Source: Capsulimonadaceae bacterium
GTDB taxonomy: Bacteria > Armatimonadota > Armatimonadia > Armatimonadales > Capsulimonadaceae
Reading direction: 5' to 3'
Assembly: GCA_965215505.1 (NCBI GenBank)
Contig: OZ244065.1
Coordinates: forward strand, 992,001-1,056,000
Length of the DNA: 64,000 nucleotides
A program made the position numbers and the translations under genes. Position 1 is the stretch's first letter; the number at the start of each line of letters is the position of its first letter. The notes beneath the pieces are model-generated. The model had not been told where the DNA came from, did no database searches, and saw nothing but the letters and a program-made list of their open reading frames with translations. Below, in pieces: positions 29,048-38,993 of this stretch.

Positions 29048-29051
29048 CGGC

Positions 29052-29087
29052 GGACCGCCCCGCTGCGTAAGCGCACGGGGGCGGTCC
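29052..29087. terminator. GC-rich hairpin, likely bidirectional terminator
   Basis: GGACCGCCCC...GGGGCGGTCC; no clear U-tract. Confidence 0.5.
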
Positions 29088-29226
29088 TAGCGGCTGCGGG
29101 CAGGGGCAGTGGCAGCAGACCGACGCGCAGGCCGGGCAGAGTCTTCCGGCCGTAGTCACGCCGGAAGGCCTGCTTCATTTTGAAGGGGCATGGCGTCTCG
29201 TTCTGTCCGTGCGGTTCCAGAGCAGC

Positions 29227-29308
29227 AGGATATTCAGGAGGGATGAAGGAAAGATGAAAGGCGCACCGGCCGCTCCTTCATGTCGCCTTCATCTTTGCCC
29301 TGTAAGAT
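29227..29308. promoter_or_regulatory. divergent pair of OmpR-type box promoters
   Basis: Plus strand: CTTCAT-N5-CTTCAT-N10-TAAGAT (29276-29308). Minus strand: TTTCAT-N5-CTTCAT-N10-TATCCT (29259-29227). Confidence 0.65.
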
Positions 29309-29360
29309 GATCTCAAAAAACACTTGAACGGCCGGAGTCCACTCCGGGAGGTATCGAGAA

Positions 29361-30320
29361 ATGAAAACACACCTGATTTTGCCGCTGTCGCTGGCCGCCG
29401 CGCTGCTCCCGATTTCGGCGGGGGCCGACCCCCTGGTCCTGACCAACGTGCCCGCTCGGGTGGCGGCGGCGCGTCTGGGGGCAAAGTACGGCATCGGCAT
29501 CGTACTCACGGAAAACGCCGGTCGGCGCGTCAACGTCTCCATCGAGGATGAGGACGGCGCGGACGATGCGGGCGCGCGCCTCCAGACGGTCAACGCCCTG
29601 GCGAACGCCCTCCGGCTGGACTTCACGAAGACGATCGTGGTCAGCCGGTCCGCACTCGACCGGGCCATGAGCGCCGGTGCCGATGCGGCGGCGGGTGCCC
29701 CGGCGGACCCCGACACGACCGGGGCGGTGGACTCGGCGGCCTCCGTCCCGTTCGGCGCGACGCGGCTGCGGACGCGGGAGGCGATCACGCTCATCGCCAA
29801 TGTTGACGACGCCTACGCCCAGATCGCCGGTGACATCGGCGGGTTCGTGACGCTGTCCAGGCCGACTCTCACCGTCGCACAGGCGGAGAAGGAGATCGCC
29901 AAGCAGACGGGGACCACCTGGAAGGCCGTCTACACCCTGGCCCCGCGCGAGCGCGTCGCCTCGGCGGTGTCGCCGCTGATCTTCTTCCCCGACCGGCAGT
30001 GGGAGGCCGAGCAGCGGCGTCAGGAGCAGGAAGCGGAGCGGCAGTACGCACAGGAGCAGGCGGCGGCGTATCAGGCTTATCAGCAGGCCGCCGCCCGGCA
30101 GCAGGCGCTCCCTCAGAGGGATACCCGCGTCACTACACAGGGCGCGCAGGGCATGAACAGCCAGGGCATGAACAATCAGGGCGGCAGCGGGAGCGGGTAC
30201 GGTTACTACGGCGACCCGAACCAGAACGGCGGCTACGAGGCGAACGGCGGCTACGGCGTTGACATGAACACCAGCGGCAACGCGGGCGGGAACTTCCCCA
30301 ACCATGTCGTCGGGAACTGA
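29361..30320 (+). CDS. secreted hypothetical protein
   Basis: GGGAGG RBS; signal peptide; Q/G/N-rich tail. Confidence 0.7.
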   Translation: MKTHLILPLSLAAALLPISAGADPLVLTNVPARVAAARLGAKYGIGIVLTENAGRRVNVSIEDEDGADDAGARLQTVNALANALRLDFTKTIVVSRSALDRAMSAGADAAAGAPADPDTTGAVDSAASVPFGATRLRTREAITLIANVDDAYAQIAGDIGGFVTLSRPTLTVAQAEKEIAKQTGTTWKAVYTLAPRERVASAVSPLIFFPDRQWEAEQRRQEQEAERQYAQEQAAAYQAYQQAAARQQALPQRDTRVTTQGAQGMNSQGMNNQGGSGSGYGYYGDPNQNGGYEANGGYGVDMNTSGNAGGNFPNHVVGN

Positions 30321-30335
30321 CACCGCGAGGCTGCC

Positions 30336-31022
30336 ATGAAGATCTTACTCATCGAGGACGAGGAGGCGATCGCCGCCGTCGTCAAGAAGGGCCTGGAGCG
30401 GGCGCAGTATCAGGTCACCGTGGCGGCGGACGGAGCCGCCGGGCTGGAGATGGCGACCCAGGAACTCTACTCGCTGATCGTCCTGGACCTGATGCTGCCG
30501 CGCCTGGACGGCTGGGGGGTCTGCCGCGCCCTGCGGGAGCGCGGCGACCCCATCCCCATCCTGATGCTGTCCGCCCGCGACGCCGTCGAGGACCGGGTGA
30601 CCGGCCTGGGCCTGGGCGCGGACGACTATCTGCCCAAGCCGTTCGCCTTCGCCGAGCTGCTGGCCCGCGTCCAGGCCCTCCTGCGCCGGGACAGGAGACA
30701 TAAGGGGCGGCAGATCGTCATCGAGGACCTAGAACTGGACACCCAGCTCCGGCGCGTCCGGCGTGCCGGGCTGGGGGTGGAACTGTCTCCGCGCGAATAC
30801 GCGCTGCTGGAGGCGCTCGCCACTCACGAGGGGCAGGTGCTGACCCGCGAACTCATCCTGGAGCGGGTCTGGCTGGACGAGGAGAGCTACTCGAATACTG
30901 TGGACGTCTGCGTCGGGACTCTGCGGAAGAAGATAGACGCCGGGCATCCGGTGAAGCTGATCCAGACCGTACATCGCGTCGGCTACACCCTGCGGCGTCC
31001 GTCCGAGGGGACCTCCGCATGA
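30336..31022 (+). CDS. OmpR/PhoB-family response regulator
   Basis: LLIEDE, LDLMLP, GADDYLPKPF and LRKKID...IQTVHRVGY motifs. Confidence 0.96.
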   Translation: MKILLIEDEEAIAAVVKKGLERAQYQVTVAADGAAGLEMATQELYSLIVLDLMLPRLDGWGVCRALRERGDPIPILMLSARDAVEDRVTGLGLGADDYLPKPFAFAELLARVQALLRRDRRHKGRQIVIEDLELDTQLRRVRRAGLGVELSPREYALLEALATHEGQVLTRELILERVWLDEESYSNTVDVCVGTLRKKIDAGHPVKLIQTVHRVGYTLRRPSEGTSA

Positions 31023-32575
31023 GATCGCCGGATAGAATGGCCTTCCGGCTGTCGTCCGTCCGCACGCGGCTGACCCTGTGGAGCGTGGCGGTGCTGGCCC
31101 TGGCGCTGCTCGTCTTCGCGGGGGCTTTGCGCTCCATCATCCAGGTGAACCTCGACGCCGCGATCAACCGCAGCCTCATGCAGCAGGCGCGCGGACATCA
31201 GCGGATGACCGCACGGATGCTGGAGACACGCCCCGACGGCTCCGGGCCTCAAGGCCCCGGACCTGGGGGACCTGACTTTGGACCCAGCGGTTTCGGACCT
31301 CCGGGCAGCGGCCCGCCCGGCCCTGGGCCTGATTTTCAGGGACGGCCCCCTGGGGACGGCCCAAAGCCGTCTAAGCCGCCCGTCATCGGGCAGGGCGGGG
31401 AACTGGCGGCCCGCGTTCTTGACCTGCATGGGCGGGCCTTGTTGGGATGGTCGGCCAGCACGCCCTGGGACCCGGACACGTTCCCGCTCTCGGCGCGGGG
31501 GCAGGAAGTCTACTCGACTGTCCATCTGAGTTTGCAGTCCGTGCGCGTCTTTTCCGTGCCCATCCTCCTGCATGGAAAGGCCGTCGGCGTTGTGCAGACG
31601 GCCGCCTCCCTCAGCGAAGCGGATGCCGAGATGAGGCACCTGACGCGCGCCCTGCTGACCCTGATTCCTCTGGTGCTGCTGATCGCCGGGGCGGGCGGCG
31701 CTCTCCTGACCGGGGGGACACTGCGGCCCATCCGCGGCATCACGCAGGCGGCGAACCGGATCAGCGCCGAGAACCTTTCGGGGCGGCTGACGGTCTCCGG
31801 CAGCGACGAGTTCTCGGACCTGGCAGCCACCTTCAACAGCATGCTGGCGCGGCTGGAAGGGTCCTTCCACAAGCTCACCGTCGCCTACGAACAGGAGCGC
31901 CGCTTCACCGCCGACGCCTCCCACGAGCTGCGGACCCCGCTGACCGTCATCAAGGCCCACGCCAGCCTTTCGCTGGATGGGGAGCCGACGGCGGTGGAGT
32001 ATCGGGAGTCCATGGAGGCCATTGACGCGGCCGTGGACCAGACCAACCGCCTGGTCCAATCCCTCCTGCTGCTCGCCCGGTCGGACGCGGGCAAACTGCC
32101 CCTCTGCCTCGGCCCCGTTTCCGTGGCGGGCGTCGGAAGACGGGCCGCTCAGGTTGCGGGGAGCGCCGCCGACGTGTCCCTGCGCGTCTGCATCACCGAG
32201 GCGGTCCCGCCGGTCGAGGGCGACGCCGAGGCGCTGCTCCAGGTCTTTTCTAATCTGCTGACCAATGCCGCGCGGCACACGGGGCCGGGCGGCGAGATCA
32301 CGCTGACGGTCCGGGGCGGCGACAGGAATGCCATCGTGACGGTGGCGGACACCGGCGAGGGAATCGCGCCGGAACACCTGCCGCACCTCTTCGAGCGCTT
32401 CTACCGGGTCGAGTCGTCGCGCTCGCGCGGCAAGGGCGGGACGGGCCTGGGTCTTGCGATCTGCCGGGAGATCGTCCACGCCCATCAGGGCACCATCGCC
32501 GTCGAGAGCGTCGTAGGCCAGGGGACCGCCGTCCACGTCACTCTGCCATACACGCAGGCGGCACCGGGCGGCTAG
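31019..32575 (+). CDS. HAMP-domain sensor histidine kinase
   Basis: Two TMs, HAMP, DASHELRTPL, NLLTNA, DTGEGI and GTGLGL motifs. Confidence 0.96.
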   Translation: MRSPDRMAFRLSSVRTRLTLWSVAVLALALLVFAGALRSIIQVNLDAAINRSLMQQARGHQRMTARMLETRPDGSGPQGPGPGGPDFGPSGFGPPGSGPPGPGPDFQGRPPGDGPKPSKPPVIGQGGELAARVLDLHGRALLGWSASTPWDPDTFPLSARGQEVYSTVHLSLQSVRVFSVPILLHGKAVGVVQTAASLSEADAEMRHLTRALLTLIPLVLLIAGAGGALLTGGTLRPIRGITQAANRISAENLSGRLTVSGSDEFSDLAATFNSMLARLEGSFHKLTVAYEQERRFTADASHELRTPLTVIKAHASLSLDGEPTAVEYRESMEAIDAAVDQTNRLVQSLLLLARSDAGKLPLCLGPVSVAGVGRRAAQVAGSAADVSLRVCITEAVPPVEGDAEALLQVFSNLLTNAARHTGPGGEITLTVRGGDRNAIVTVADTGEGIAPEHLPHLFERFYRVESSRSRGKGGTGLGLAICREIVHAHQGTIAVESVVGQGTAVHVTLPYTQAAPGG

Positions 32576-32646
32576 CGCCGCCTGCACTCCAGCGCCCCGG
32601 CAGTCGTTCGGTCTTCGCGGTCGTATCTCCCTCAGCATCCGCTTTC

Positions 32647-32679
32647 CCTCATTTCTTCCTCACATCTCCCCCTCATACT
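32647..32679 (+). promoter_or_regulatory. OmpR-type box promoter 3
   Basis: CCTCAT-N5-CCTCAC-N10-CATACT. Confidence 0.55.
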
Positions 32680-32723
32680 GTAATCAGTTGCCGCAAGGAA
32701 CAATGGGCTGGAGGAGAACAGAC

Positions 32724-33509
32724 ATGACCACTCGCACACAGGCACCGGACGGACTCGACCGTCGAAGCGCACTCCGCCTGATCGGCGGCCTCGTCAGCAC
32801 GGCGTTCGTGGCCGGGTGCGGAGGCGGGGGCGGCTCGACGACGGGCGGCCTCACGACGACAGGAACCACGACGACCGCGACGGGCGCGACCGGGGCGGTC
32901 ACCCCGGAGGGTGAGATCGGCCCGTACTTCACCAACGACAGCACCACAGGCTATAACCGGAGCAGCATCCTGTCCAACCTGGACGGCACCAGCACCCAGA
33001 CCGGCATCCCACTCACACTGAAGATCTACATCTACGACTCCGAGAACGGCTTCGCTGCCCTGGCCGGGGCACAGGTGGACATCTGGCACTGCAACGCCCA
33101 AGGCGTCTACTCGAACGAGTCGGTCGAAGGCACCCTAGGCCAGACCTGGCTGCGCGGCTACCAGCTCACCGACTCGGCCGGGTCGGTGACCTTCACGACC
33201 ATCATCCCCGGCTGGTATCAGGGCCGGACGACGCACATCCACCTGCGCGTGCGCTCTTCCTACAGCGAAGCCTCCTCGACGAGCGACGGCATCAACACGA
33301 CGCAGCTCTTCTTTTCACAGACTGTCCTAGACTACATCTACGCGAACGTCTCCCCCTATAACACAAAGGGGAAGGACACGACGACGAACGCGAGCGACCA
33401 CGTCTACACGCCGGAGACGAAGGGGGAGACGTTGCTGACCCTGACGGGCGACTACACGGACGGCTACGCGGCGACGTTCGCCATCAATCTGCCGATCACG
33501 AGCGCCTGA
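32724..33509 (+). CDS. intradiol ring-cleavage dioxygenase-like Tat lipoprotein
   Basis: DRRSAL twin-Arg, VAGC lipobox; GPYF, VDIWHCNAQGVYS and PGWYQGRTTHIH motifs. Confidence 0.85.
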   Translation: MTTRTQAPDGLDRRSALRLIGGLVSTAFVAGCGGGGGSTTGGLTTTGTTTTATGATGAVTPEGEIGPYFTNDSTTGYNRSSILSNLDGTSTQTGIPLTLKIYIYDSENGFAALAGAQVDIWHCNAQGVYSNESVEGTLGQTWLRGYQLTDSAGSVTFTTIIPGWYQGRTTHIHLRVRSSYSEASSTSDGINTTQLFFSQTVLDYIYANVSPYNTKGKDTTTNASDHVYTPETKGETLLTLTGDYTDGYAATFAINLPITSA

Positions 33510-33540
33510 TGGCAGGAGCCGATCCACAAGGAGAAACACG

Positions 33541-34326
33541 ATGAAGACACGACTGTTCCGAAGGGGCTGCTCCGCTTTGGCGGGCCTCACACTGATGACG
33601 ACCATGCTGGCAGCCGGTGCCGTGGCCCAGGTGCCAGACGGCCCCGGCGGTGGCGGGCCGCCGCCCGGCGGGCCTGATGGCGGTCCCCCTCCGGGTGGGC
33701 CTGGCGGTCCGGGGCAAGGCGCAGACGCCCGCGCGGCCTTCCGAGGCCCCTCCCCGTTCGCCGTCGGCACGGTCAATGCGGTGGAGGCGGGCGCGGGGAC
33801 GATCACAATCGTCTCGCAGTTCGGTGGCGGCAGTAACTCTCAGGTGATCAGGGTCAGCCCGGATGCACAGATCGTCACCCAATCCGAAGTCGCGGTGGCC
33901 GATCTGAAGGTCGGCGATCAGGTGCAGGTACAGGGCGTTCCGACCGGAATCGCCGTCTCGTCGGTCATCGCCGGCAAGGCTCCGGTCGGCCTGTCCGGCA
34001 GCGGAGGCTTCGGCCCCGGCGGGCCGGGCGGGACCGCCACCCCGCCGAGTTTCGCCACGGCTAAGGGAACGATCAAGGCTCTGCCCACGAGAGCGGACCC
34101 ACACCTCACGGTCAGCCTGTCGGCAGACATACAGCTCTCCCTGAAGATCGCCGACGGCACGAAGATCACCCGGTACACGGTGCTGAAAATCTCCGACATC
34201 AAGAGCGGCGACCGCGTCATGGCGTCCGGCGAAACCGCCGCCGACGGGGCGCGGACCGCCGGCATGGTGGCAATCAATCTGCCCGCACAGAACGGTTTCG
34301 GCAGGCCCAACGGCCCCCGCCGGTAG
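33541..34326 (+). CDS. secreted G/P-rich protein with DUF5666-like OB domains
   Basis: AAGGAG RBS; signal peptide; DLKVGDQV.V.G and DIKSGDRV..SG repeats. Confidence 0.65.
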   Translation: MKTRLFRRGCSALAGLTLMTTMLAAGAVAQVPDGPGGGGPPPGGPDGGPPPGGPGGPGQGADARAAFRGPSPFAVGTVNAVEAGAGTITIVSQFGGGSNSQVIRVSPDAQIVTQSEVAVADLKVGDQVQVQGVPTGIAVSSVIAGKAPVGLSGSGGFGPGGPGGTATPPSFATAKGTIKALPTRADPHLTVSLSADIQLSLKIADGTKITRYTVLKISDIKSGDRVMASGETAADGARTAGMVAINLPAQNGFGRPNGPRR

Positions 34327-34471
34327 GGCATGAGCAGCATCGCCGCGTACAAAGCTCGGTCAAATGAGCGTATATGCGGCGGCATCTGCGATTAATATGC
34401 CGCTCACAAGCGTATAAAGAACCGGTCACGGATGACCCGATAAACATCCTGTGAATGGAAAGGTAGTACGA

Positions 34472-37132
34472 ATGACACTCACAAGGATTCTGCTCCGCTA
34501 CGTCCTGCCCCTGTTTACCCTCAGCCTCGTCGCTCTCTGCCAGAGGGCCCCCGCCGCCCCACTCGCCGACCGGGTGGCCGTGGCCGGGAACGCCCCCGCC
34601 GTGGCCGCCGCCAGGTCGGCGGGCCGCCTGTCTGGAACCACGCCGGTCAGCATCGCGCTCACCCTCCCCCTGCGGAACCAGGCCGCCTTGGAGGACCTGC
34701 TCGCCCGCCTCCACGACCCGTCCGACCCGGACTATGGGCACTATCTGACCCCGGCGCAGTTCGCCGCACGCTTCAGCCCGACCAAGGCCGACTACGAGGC
34801 CGTGGCCGCCTTCGCCCGCGCCCAGGGCCTGACCGTGACCGGGACCCACGCGAACCGGCTCCTGCTCGACGTTTCCGGCCCGGCGAGTTCGGTAGAAACC
34901 GCCTTCGCCGTCCGCCTGAACCGCTATCAGGCGGCGGATGGCCAGGAGTTCCGCGCGCCGGACGCCGCCCCGTCTGTGCCTCGCGCCCTGGCCGGGCGAC
35001 TGACGGGCGTCGCCGGCCTGAGCGACGCGGCCGTCCGACGTCCGCACAATGTCCGCCTGTCTGACGAGGCGGCCCTCCGGCCGGAGGTGTCCGGGCGTCC
35101 CGCCGCGGGCACCAGCCCCAGGGGTGGCCTGGCACCCACCGACATCAAGGCCGCCTATAACCTGAGCGGCGTCTCCCTCGACGGCACGGGCCAGACGCTC
35201 GCCCTGTTCGAGCTGGACGGCTACAATCCCACCGACATCAGCGCCTACGAGAGCCGCTTCGGCCTGCGGAGCGTCCCGCTCCAGAACGTCCTCCTGGACG
35301 GCGCTCCGGGCACGGCGGGGACGAACGCGGACGAGGTGACGCTCGACATTGAGCTGCAAATCGCACTCGCGCCAGGTGCGAGCAAAATCCTGGTCTACGA
35401 GACCGGCCCCACCGACGCCGATACCCTGGATGCCTACAGCCGGATCGCCGACGACGACCTGGCGAAGCAGATCAGCACCTCCTGGGGGCTGGATGAGCCA
35501 GACAGCGCCCCGAGTACGCTCCAGGCCGAAAACCCCATCTTCCAGCAGATGGCCGTCCAAGGTCAGACCATCTACGCCGCCTCGGGTGACAACGGGGCCT
35601 ACGACACCGGCAGCCGGGCGGACGGCGTGAGCGTGGATGATCCCGCCTCGCAGCCCTATGTCTGCGGGGTCGGCGGAACGACGCTGACGACGAGCGGGGC
35701 GGGCGGTGCCTACGCCTCTGAAACCACCTGGAACGGCGGGAGCGTCGCGAACGGCGCGGGCGGGGGCGGCATCAGCACGGTTTGGGCGACCCCGACCTGG
35801 CAGGAGTCGGCAGTCTCGGCGGCTTCAGGGGGGTCTACGACGATGCGGAACGTGCCGGACGTCTCACTGAACACGAATCCGAACACGGGCTATGCGATCT
35901 ATGTCGGGGGGGCGTGGCAGGTCTACGGCGGGACGAGCTGCGCCGCGCCGCTCTGGGCCGGGTTCACTGCTCTGGTCAACCAGCAGCGCACCGCCAACGG
36001 GTTATCATCACTCGGACAGGCAGCCCCCGTCCTCTATCCGCTCCTGGCCGGCGCGCGCTATGCCGCTGATTTCCACGACATCGCCAACGGCAGCACGAAC
36101 CTGTATTATCCGGCTGTGACGGGCTATGACGATGCTACCGGGCTGGGAACGCTCGACGGGGCCAACCTGCTGGCGGACCTCGTACCGGCCGCCACCGGTC
36201 GCACGCATCTGCTGTGGAACAACACCGACGGGCGCGTCATGCTGTGGAGCATCGCCCAGAACGGTTCCTTCACCCTCAACGGCTTCGGGCCGTACACCGA
36301 CGGTGCCCCCCAGAACCTCTGGCATGCCACCGCCGTCGCGACGGGACCGGACGGCAAGAGCCACCTGCTCTGGAACAACACGGACGGGCGCGTCATGCTC
36401 TGGACGGTAGATGACAGCGGCAGCTTCACCCTGGCGGGCTACGGCCCGTACACCGACAATGGCGCGAACAATCTGTGGAGCGCCACCGGGGTTTCGGTGG
36501 GTCCGGACAACGTCGTGCATCTGCTGTGGAACAACACCGACGGGCGCGTTATGCTGTGGAACGTCGCCCAGGACTTCAGCTTCACGATGGCGGGCTACGG
36601 GCCGTACACGGATAATGGGGCAAACAATCTCTGGTCGGCCACCGCCCTCGCCACAGGCTCCGACAACAAGACGCGCATCGTCTGGAATAACACCGACCAT
36701 CGTGTCATGCTGTGGAGCGTAGACAGCGGCTATAACTTCACCCTGGCCGGCTTCGGCCCTTACACCGACAACGCGCCGGGCAACACATGGTCAGCGGTGG
36801 GCGTGTCGGCGGGTCCGAGTGGCACGACCCATCTGCTTTGGTCCAACACAGACCGCCGCATGATGTTTTGGGATGTGGACAGCTCGTTCAACTTCACACT
36901 GGCAGGCTTCGGCCCCTACACAGACGGTTCTCCTGCGAACCTGTGGAACGCGGCGGCTCTGGCAACGGGGCCGGACGGACTGAGCCACGTCTTGTGGGGT
37001 AACACGGACGACCGGGCCATGCTGTGGGGGGTGGACAGCTCTTTCGACTTTACCGTCTCGGGCTACGGGCCATACACCGATAACGGCGCGAACAACCTGT
37101 GGAGCACCACCGCCGTCTCAGCGGGGCCATGA
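34472..37132 (+). CDS. S53 (sedolisin/kumamolisin) peptidase with pro-domain and six C-terminal 52-aa repeats
   Basis: YLTPAQF...FSP pro-domain; EVTLDIE, SGDNG, GGTSCAAP and GYDDATGLG motifs. Confidence 0.93.
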   Translation: MTLTRILLRYVLPLFTLSLVALCQRAPAAPLADRVAVAGNAPAVAAARSAGRLSGTTPVSIALTLPLRNQAALEDLLARLHDPSDPDYGHYLTPAQFAARFSPTKADYEAVAAFARAQGLTVTGTHANRLLLDVSGPASSVETAFAVRLNRYQAADGQEFRAPDAAPSVPRALAGRLTGVAGLSDAAVRRPHNVRLSDEAALRPEVSGRPAAGTSPRGGLAPTDIKAAYNLSGVSLDGTGQTLALFELDGYNPTDISAYESRFGLRSVPLQNVLLDGAPGTAGTNADEVTLDIELQIALAPGASKILVYETGPTDADTLDAYSRIADDDLAKQISTSWGLDEPDSAPSTLQAENPIFQQMAVQGQTIYAASGDNGAYDTGSRADGVSVDDPASQPYVCGVGGTTLTTSGAGGAYASETTWNGGSVANGAGGGGISTVWATPTWQESAVSAASGGSTTMRNVPDVSLNTNPNTGYAIYVGGAWQVYGGTSCAAPLWAGFTALVNQQRTANGLSSLGQAAPVLYPLLAGARYAADFHDIANGSTNLYYPAVTGYDDATGLGTLDGANLLADLVPAATGRTHLLWNNTDGRVMLWSIAQNGSFTLNGFGPYTDGAPQNLWHATAVATGPDGKSHLLWNNTDGRVMLWTVDDSGSFTLAGYGPYTDNGANNLWSATGVSVGPDNVVHLLWNNTDGRVMLWNVAQDFSFTMAGYGPYTDNGANNLWSATALATGSDNKTRIVWNNTDHRVMLWSVDSGYNFTLAGFGPYTDNAPGNTWSAVGVSAGPSGTTHLLWSNTDRRMMFWDVDSSFNFTLAGFGPYTDGSPANLWNAAALATGPDGLSHVLWGNTDDRAMLWGVDSSFDFTVSGYGPYTDNGANNLWSTTAVSAGP
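36203..37129 (+). repeat. 6 x 156-bp (52-aa) coding repeat
   Basis: HLLWNNTDGRVMLW...FTLAGYGPYTDNGANNLWSATA...GP repeated six times. Confidence 0.9.
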
Positions 37133-37142
37133 CCTGAGCCGC

Positions 37143-37176
37143 AAAAATCCCCTCGGCCTTTAAAGGCCGAGGGGAT
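37143..37176 (-). terminator. intrinsic terminator after tRNA-Trp (probably bidirectional)
   Basis: Perfect palindrome ATCCCCTCGGCCTTTAAAGGCCGAGGGGAT with an A5 run giving a U-tract on the minus strand. Confidence 0.85.
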
Positions 37177-37182
37177 ATTGGA

Positions 37183-37255
37183 CGGGAGCACCAGGATTCG
37201 AACCCGGGACCTTTCACTTTGGAGGCGAACGCACTACCAGCTGTGCTATACTCCC
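37183..37255 (-). tRNA. trnW: tRNA-Trp (CCA)
   Basis: GGGAGTA-TA-GCAC.AGCTGGTA.GTGC-G-TTCGC.CTCCAAA.GTGAA-AGGTC-CCGGG.TTCGAAT.CCTGG-TGCTCCC-G cloverleaf. Confidence 0.95.
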
Positions 37256-37302
37256 ATGTCGTTTTGTGAGGATAAGGGGCGGGTAAAGCCCGCCCCGACC
37301 GC

Positions 37303-37464
37303 CTACTTCGCTTCGCGGTGCAGCCGATGGACGCGGCAGCGGGGGCAGTACTTGTTCAGTTCCAGCCGCTCCGGGTGCTGACGCTTGTTCTTGGTGGTCG
37401 CATACGTCCGCTCCTTGCATTCACTGCAAGCGAGGGTGATGATGACCCGTGCTTCATTAGCCAT
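37303..37464 (-). CDS. rpmG: 50S ribosomal protein L33 (Zn-binding C+ form); absent from the ORF track
   Basis: [53 protein letters not shown]. Confidence 0.97.
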   Translation of the reverse strand: MANEARVIITLACSECKERTYATTKNKRQHPERLELNKYCPRCRVHRLHREAK

Positions 37465-37524
37465 GTCTGTGTCCTATGGTGTCAGGCCGGGGCGAAAGAA
37501 GTTCACCCCGGCAGAGTCTCTGTC

Positions 37525-38718
<1,194 letters not shown>

Positions 38719-38754
38719 GTTCTAACTTCCTCGTTTGTTCTATGCTTAAGTGTG

Positions 38755-38822
38755 TGGTGCCCACGAAGGGAATCGGACCCCTGGCTTTTTCCTTGCGGAG
38801 AAGCCTAACCCAGTTCCGGGGC
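38755..38822 (-). ncRNA. 68-nt tRNA-like element (pseudo-tRNA or tRNA mimic) in the tuf leader
   Basis: GCCCCG...CGTGGGC-ACCA acceptor, AGGGG.TCCGATT.CCCTT T-arm, no D-stem, GCAA-capped stem in the anticodon position. Confidence 0.7.
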
Positions 38823-38859
38823 ATTGTCTGCGCCCCACCGGTGTGGTGAGACGCCATGG

Positions 38860-38888
38860 ATTATACCCCAAGGCGCGCGCGATTGCAA
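38860..38888 (-). promoter_or_regulatory. sigma70-type promoter of tuf
   Basis: TTGCAA-17 bp-TATAAT on the minus strand. Confidence 0.8.
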
Positions 38889-38909
38889 CCCCTCCTCCGA
38901 ACACGTTCC

Positions 38910-38938
38910 TTGACACCCGAACGAAATGGGCGTATACT
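38910..38938 (+). promoter_or_regulatory. sigma70-type promoter of the first eCIS gene
   Basis: TTGACA-17 bp-TATACT, back to back with the tuf promoter. Confidence 0.8.
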
Positions 38939-38993
38939 TTGCCTGGCTGCGGTGACCTTTCTGCACCTAAACCTCCGTTCAAGGGGAACGAAA

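Noticed and set aside
36203-37129. Diversity-generating retroelement template/variable repeats
   Set aside because: Differences are not adenine-specific, the units are tandem protein repeats, and no reverse transcriptase is in the window.
38755-38822. Functional tRNA or tmRNA
   Set aside because: No D-stem, no U33-containing anticodon loop and a bulged acceptor stem; no G3-U70 pair or tag reading frame for tmRNA.
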